DNA from: a bacterium
GTDB taxonomy: Bacteria; Bdellovibrionota_C; UBA2361; SZUA-149; JAQTWB01
Direction: 5' to 3'
Assembly (NCBI GenBank): GCA_028689495.1
Contig: JAQTWB010000010.1
Location: 1-62,272, forward strand
Length of the DNA stretch: 62,272 nucleotides
Shown here: in pieces, positions 58,883 through 62,272 of the stretch
Layout of the letters: each line of letters opens with the position of its first letter
Position numbering within the stretch: position 1 is the first letter of the stretch
Position numbers and translations under genes: made by a program
Notes under the pieces: generated by a model
The model's database searches: none
The model's input: the letters and a program-made list of their open reading frames with translations, nothing else
What the model was told of the DNA's origin: nothing

Positions 58883-61515
58883 AGCTCCCTAAATTTCTGC
58901 AGGGCCTGATCGATTTTTTCCGGGCTGCCGCCACCAGCCTGAGCCAGATCCGCCTTGCCCCCACCCTTGCCACCGGTTATCGCCGACATTTCCTTGACCA
59001 GCTCGCCTGCATGAAAAGTGCTCACCAGATCCTTTGTCACGGCAGCCAGCAAGGTGAGCTTGCCTTCCTGGGCAGAGGCCAGCGCCAGACACCCGGAACC
59101 AATCCGTCCACGCAGATCATCCGCCATTTCGCGTAGTTGTTTTGCATCAGCATCTTCAATCTGCAACGCAAGAACCTTCATTCCGCCGCGTCCGGCAACA
59201 GCCTGTGAAACAAGGTCACCACCAGCGGCACTGCGAAGCTGCTGTTTTGCACGATCAGCCTCTCGTTCAAGATTCTTTATCTGCTCAGCCATCCGCTGCA
59301 CCCTTTCTTTGAGCGCCACCTCAGGTGAACCAGTCAGCTGCACAAGAGCACCAAGTACTTCGCGTTGAGACTGCAATGAATCAAATGCCGCTTCTCCAGT
59401 GACCGCCTCAATTCGCCTCACCCCAGCCGAAACCGAGCCTTCAGAAACAACCGTTAACAGCCCCAGGTCCCCAGAACGCGAGGCATGAGTTCCTCCGCAA
59501 AACTCGACGGAGTCTCGGCCAATCTGCACAACACGGACGTTCTGCCCATATTTTTCGCCAAACAGAGCCCGAGCTCCTGTTTTCCTCGCTTCTTCGATTG
59601 GCATAACCCGGGTTACAACCTCATCGTTATTGCGGATGGCGGTATTTGCAAGCTCCTCAATCCTTTTGATTTCCACTTGACTGACAACACCGGGATGACT
59701 GAAGTCAAACCTCAATGAAGTATCAGAAACTTTTGAACCAGCCTGCTTTACGTGATCACCAAGCACTTCACGCAAGGCCTGATGCAGGAGGTGAGTCGCC
59801 GAATGATGGGCGCGAATTTTTTTGCGCCGCGCGACATCGATCTCCAGTCTGACATTCTCGCCCTGCTTAAGCCGGCCCTCTGTCATGCGGCAAATATGCA
59901 CGATGGTGTCGCCGCCAACTTTTTGGGTGTCGAGAACTTCCACAACGGCGCTGTTACTGGTGATAGTGCCTGTGTCGCCGACCTGACCGCCACTCTCGGC
60001 GTAAAATGGTGTCCGTGCCACAACCATGGCGAATTCATCGCCAGCTGAAACTTCAGCTATTTCGCCTTCTTCGGTGAAGATACCAACAACTTCGGACTGA
60101 TAATCTTCGTATTCATATCCCACAAACTCGGTGGGACTCGCTTTAACCGAATTGCGCAATTTCAAGTCGCGTTCCGAAGATCGCGCCGCACGGGATCTCT
60201 GCTTCTGTTGCTCCATCTCCCGCTGGAACCCTTCAACATCAACCGAAAGGCCTTGCTGGGAAACAATATCTTCGGTCAGGTCCAACGGAAACCCATAGGT
60301 GTCATGGAGCAGAAAGGCAACAGAACCAGAAAGACTCTTCGCTCCCTGCGCCTTGCTTCCCGCTACCTCACCTTCAAGAATCGACAAGCCTGTATCAAGG
60401 GTTACAAGAAATCTTTCTTCCTCACGACGAACCGTCTCGATTACGGCATTACGCTCACGCGCCAGTTCCGGATACTGATCGGAATATAGCTCAACTACCT
60501 TGGCGACAAGTTCAAAAAGAAACGGCTTGCGCAAACCGAGATTGCGGCCGTGGCGACAAGCGCGGCGAATAAGCCGGCGCAGGACATAACCGCGTCCGTC
60601 ACTCGCTGGGAAAACACCATCGGCAATCAAGAATGCAGCCGCACGGGCATGATCGGCCGCAACACGTAGAGCGACATCACTTAAATATTCGGCGCTGACA
60701 GAAGGCTGATAACTTTTCCCGACATAGCTTGCTCCTGACAACTGCTCGCCACAGGCAATAATCGCGCGGAACAGATCAGTGTCATAATTCGCCAGAACTC
60801 CCTGTTTGACTGCGGCAATGCGCTCAAGCCCCATTCCGGTATCAACCGAGGGCTTCGGCAACGGATTTAGAGCGCCGGAGATATCGCGATTATACTGCAT
60901 GAAAACAAGGTTCCAGATTTCAAGATAGTCGCCATTGTCCGCACGAAAATCCTCTTCACTCTGGGAATTCACATCTTCCCCAAGGAAATAGTGAATCTCG
61001 GTGCAAGGGCCACAAGGGCCGGTCTCACCCATCGCCCAAAAGTTATCTTTGGCGCCCATTTTCAAGATACGCTGAGGATTGATATCCGTCAGCTCAGCCC
61101 AAAGCTTGCCAGCTTCATCATCATCCTCAAAAATTGTGACCCAGAGACGAGACTTGGGCAAGGCAACCACCTCGGTAAGAAACTCCCAAGCGTATTTGAT
61201 CGCCTCGCTCTTGAAATAATCGCCAAATGAAAAGTTGCCCAGCATTTCAAAAAAGGTGTGATGTCGTGCAGTGCGACCGACATTTTCCAGATCGTTGTGC
61301 TTGCCGGAAATTCTCAAACACTTCTGACAGGAGGTTGCTCTTGTATAACCCCTTTTTTCCGTGCCGAGAAATGTGTCCTTAAAAGGCACCATCCCGGCGT
61401 TGACGAACAACAGTGTCGGATCCCCTGCGGGAATAAGCGAAACACTGGCACAGGCAGTGTGCCCGCGCTGAGAAAAATACTCTTCGAACAATTTGCGAAT
61501 TTCTGCTGTTTCCAA
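58873..61515 (-). CDS. alaS: Alanine--tRNA ligase.
   Basis: 880 aa. The N-terminus (...FFEMLGNFSFGDYFK) and the editing-domain HxxxH/CxxxH region (SATHLLHQALREVLG; CGGTHASRSGDLG) are present. Confidence 0.95.
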   Translation of the reverse strand: METAEIRKLFEEYFSQRGHTACASVSLIPAGDPTLLFVNAGMVPFKDTFLGTEKRGYTRATSCQKCLRISGKHNDLENVGRTARHHTFFEMLGNFSFGDYFKSEAIKYAWEFLTEVVALPKSRLWVTIFEDDDEAGKLWAELTDINPQRILKMGAKDNFWAMGETGPCGPCTEIHYFLGEDVNSQSEEDFRADNGDYLEIWNLVFMQYNRDISGALNPLPKPSVDTGMGLERIAAVKQGVLANYDTDLFRAIIACGEQLSGASYVGKSYQPSVSAEYLSDVALRVAADHARAAAFLIADGVFPASDGRGYVLRRLIRRACRHGRNLGLRKPFLFELVAKVVELYSDQYPELARERNAVIETVRREEERFLVTLDTGLSILEGEVAGSKAQGAKSLSGSVAFLLHDTYGFPLDLTEDIVSQQGLSVDVEGFQREMEQQKQRSRAARSSERDLKLRNSVKASPTEFVGYEYEDYQSEVVGIFTEEGEIAEVSAGDEFAMVVARTPFYAESGGQVGDTGTITSNSAVVEVLDTQKVGGDTIVHICRMTEGRLKQGENVRLEIDVARRKKIRAHHSATHLLHQALREVLGDHVKQAGSKVSDTSLRFDFSHPGVVSQVEIKRIEELANTAIRNNDEVVTRVMPIEEARKTGARALFGEKYGQNVRVVQIGRDSVEFCGGTHASRSGDLGLLTVVSEGSVSAGVRRIEAVTGEAAFDSLQSQREVLGALVQLTGSPEVALKERVQRMAEQIKNLEREADRAKQQLRSAAGGDLVSQAVAGRGGMKVLALQIEDADAKQLREMADDLRGRIGSGCLALASAQEGKLTLLAAVTKDLVSTFHAGELVKEMSAITGGKGGGKADLAQAGGGSPEKIDQALQKFRELCA

Positions 61516-61517
61516 AA

Positions 61518-62183
61518 TTAACTCACATCAAGGTTAAGCACTTCGTGAAGAGTGCTGACATCATCAATAATCATATCAGGCTCAGCCTGTTCCAGAACCG
61601 CACGCCGTATCCCACCACTGAGAACTGCCACAGTATAACCAAACCCCGCGTCACGGGCGGAAATGACATCCGCCGGAATATCACCAACCATTACCGCTTC
61701 AGCGAGGTCAACTTCCAAACGATCGCATATTTCTCTCAACATCGAGCGCTTGTCAGTCCAGTGCACACTCTCATCGCTACGCGAACTCAAATGGGAAAAA
61801 TGCGACAACATACCGATCTGTCGCAAATCTCGCTCCAAATCTTCCCGCTGACAAATACGTGCAGTCGCCAACCCAACCTTCACTCCGCCAGAAGTAAGTT
61901 GTGACAACATCTGCCCTGTCCCGGGTATGGCAACCGGCGCCGGGAAACTCGCCCAGTCAAACCCCTGCCAGAATCCTTCAATTACCCGCTCACGCTCAGC
62001 CTCGGCAACAAAGCGGAAAAAATCGAACTCGGCAAAACTCGTCGCCATCACCTGATGATTAACATCAGTTATGCCTAGTTGTGGCAACAGGCGAAATGCT
62101 TCGGAAAAAAGAAAATCACGGTGAAACTCGACCAGAGTGCCATCAAAATCAAAAACCACCAGCTTTGGTGTAAACTTCCTCAT
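61518..62183 (-). CDS. HAD-superfamily hydrolase (phosphoglycolate-phosphatase-like).
   Basis: Motif I VVFDFDGTLVE; C-terminal VGDIPADVISARDAG. GGAGG SD upstream. Confidence 0.75.
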   Translation of the reverse strand: MRKFTPKLVVFDFDGTLVEFHRDFLFSEAFRLLPQLGITDVNHQVMATSFAEFDFFRFVAEAERERVIEGFWQGFDWASFPAPVAIPGTGQMLSQLTSGGVKVGLATARICQREDLERDLRQIGMLSHFSHLSSRSDESVHWTDKRSMLREICDRLEVDLAEAVMVGDIPADVISARDAGFGYTVAVLSGGIRRAVLEQAEPDMIIDDVSTLHEVLNLDVS

Positions 62184-62272
62184 CTTCGTCGCCTCCGCCG
62201 CTCCGGCGCCGATTTCCTCTCCGGACTGTAATCTTGCGGAGGTCGCAGCAAAGAAACAATTTCCGTATAGGT

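Noticed and set aside
1-62272. tRNA or rRNA genes and an integrase at the island borders.
   Set aside because: No tRNA-like T-arm or acceptor pattern was found in the intergenic regions by eye, and no integrase or transposase ORF is present. A tRNA scan should still be run to confirm.

Overview
This window is core chromosome on both sides of a large accessory region. Left core, 1–5.4 kb: the 3' part of a double-UvrA gene, a SAM methyltransferase and an aspartate racemase. Right core, 52–62 kb: mpl, aroC, prfB with its programmed +1 frameshift, ybeY, a 7TM-HD protein, alaS and a HAD hydrolase, all on the minus strand. Between them, ~5.5–49.5 kb, lies a repeat-rich, rearranged accessory region. 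It contains at least five short repeat families, several gene remnants (an mpl paralog fragment, a DUF4143 ATPase fragment, an alcohol dehydrogenase C-terminal half, a yciI 3' stub and an mrr with an in-frame TGA), and a dense defence island. The centre of the island is a ~23 kb type 1 BREX operon on the minus strand, brxA-brxB-brxC-pglX-pglZ-brxL, with tight translational coupling. It is flanked upstream by a GmrSD-family (BrxU-like) type IV restriction gene and a class D beta-lactamase, and downstream by the mrr pseudogene and a Fic protein. The most unusual feature is the pglX–pglZ junction, which is repeated three times. Each repeat carries about 200 bp of the pglZ 5' end, a ~175 bp spacer with palindromic mini-elements, and about 60 bp of the pglX 3' end. 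Three cargo modules sit between the copies: a 1079-aa protein, an ABC-ATPase plus a 178-aa partner, and a 430-aa plus 336-aa pair. Each cargo's first ATG overlaps the stop codon of the preceding pglX-3'-like segment. In addition, pglX carries at least six in-frame copies of a ~26-bp palindromic mini-element. All calls rest on motifs recognisable in the translations and on repeats visible in the sequence. No database search was run.
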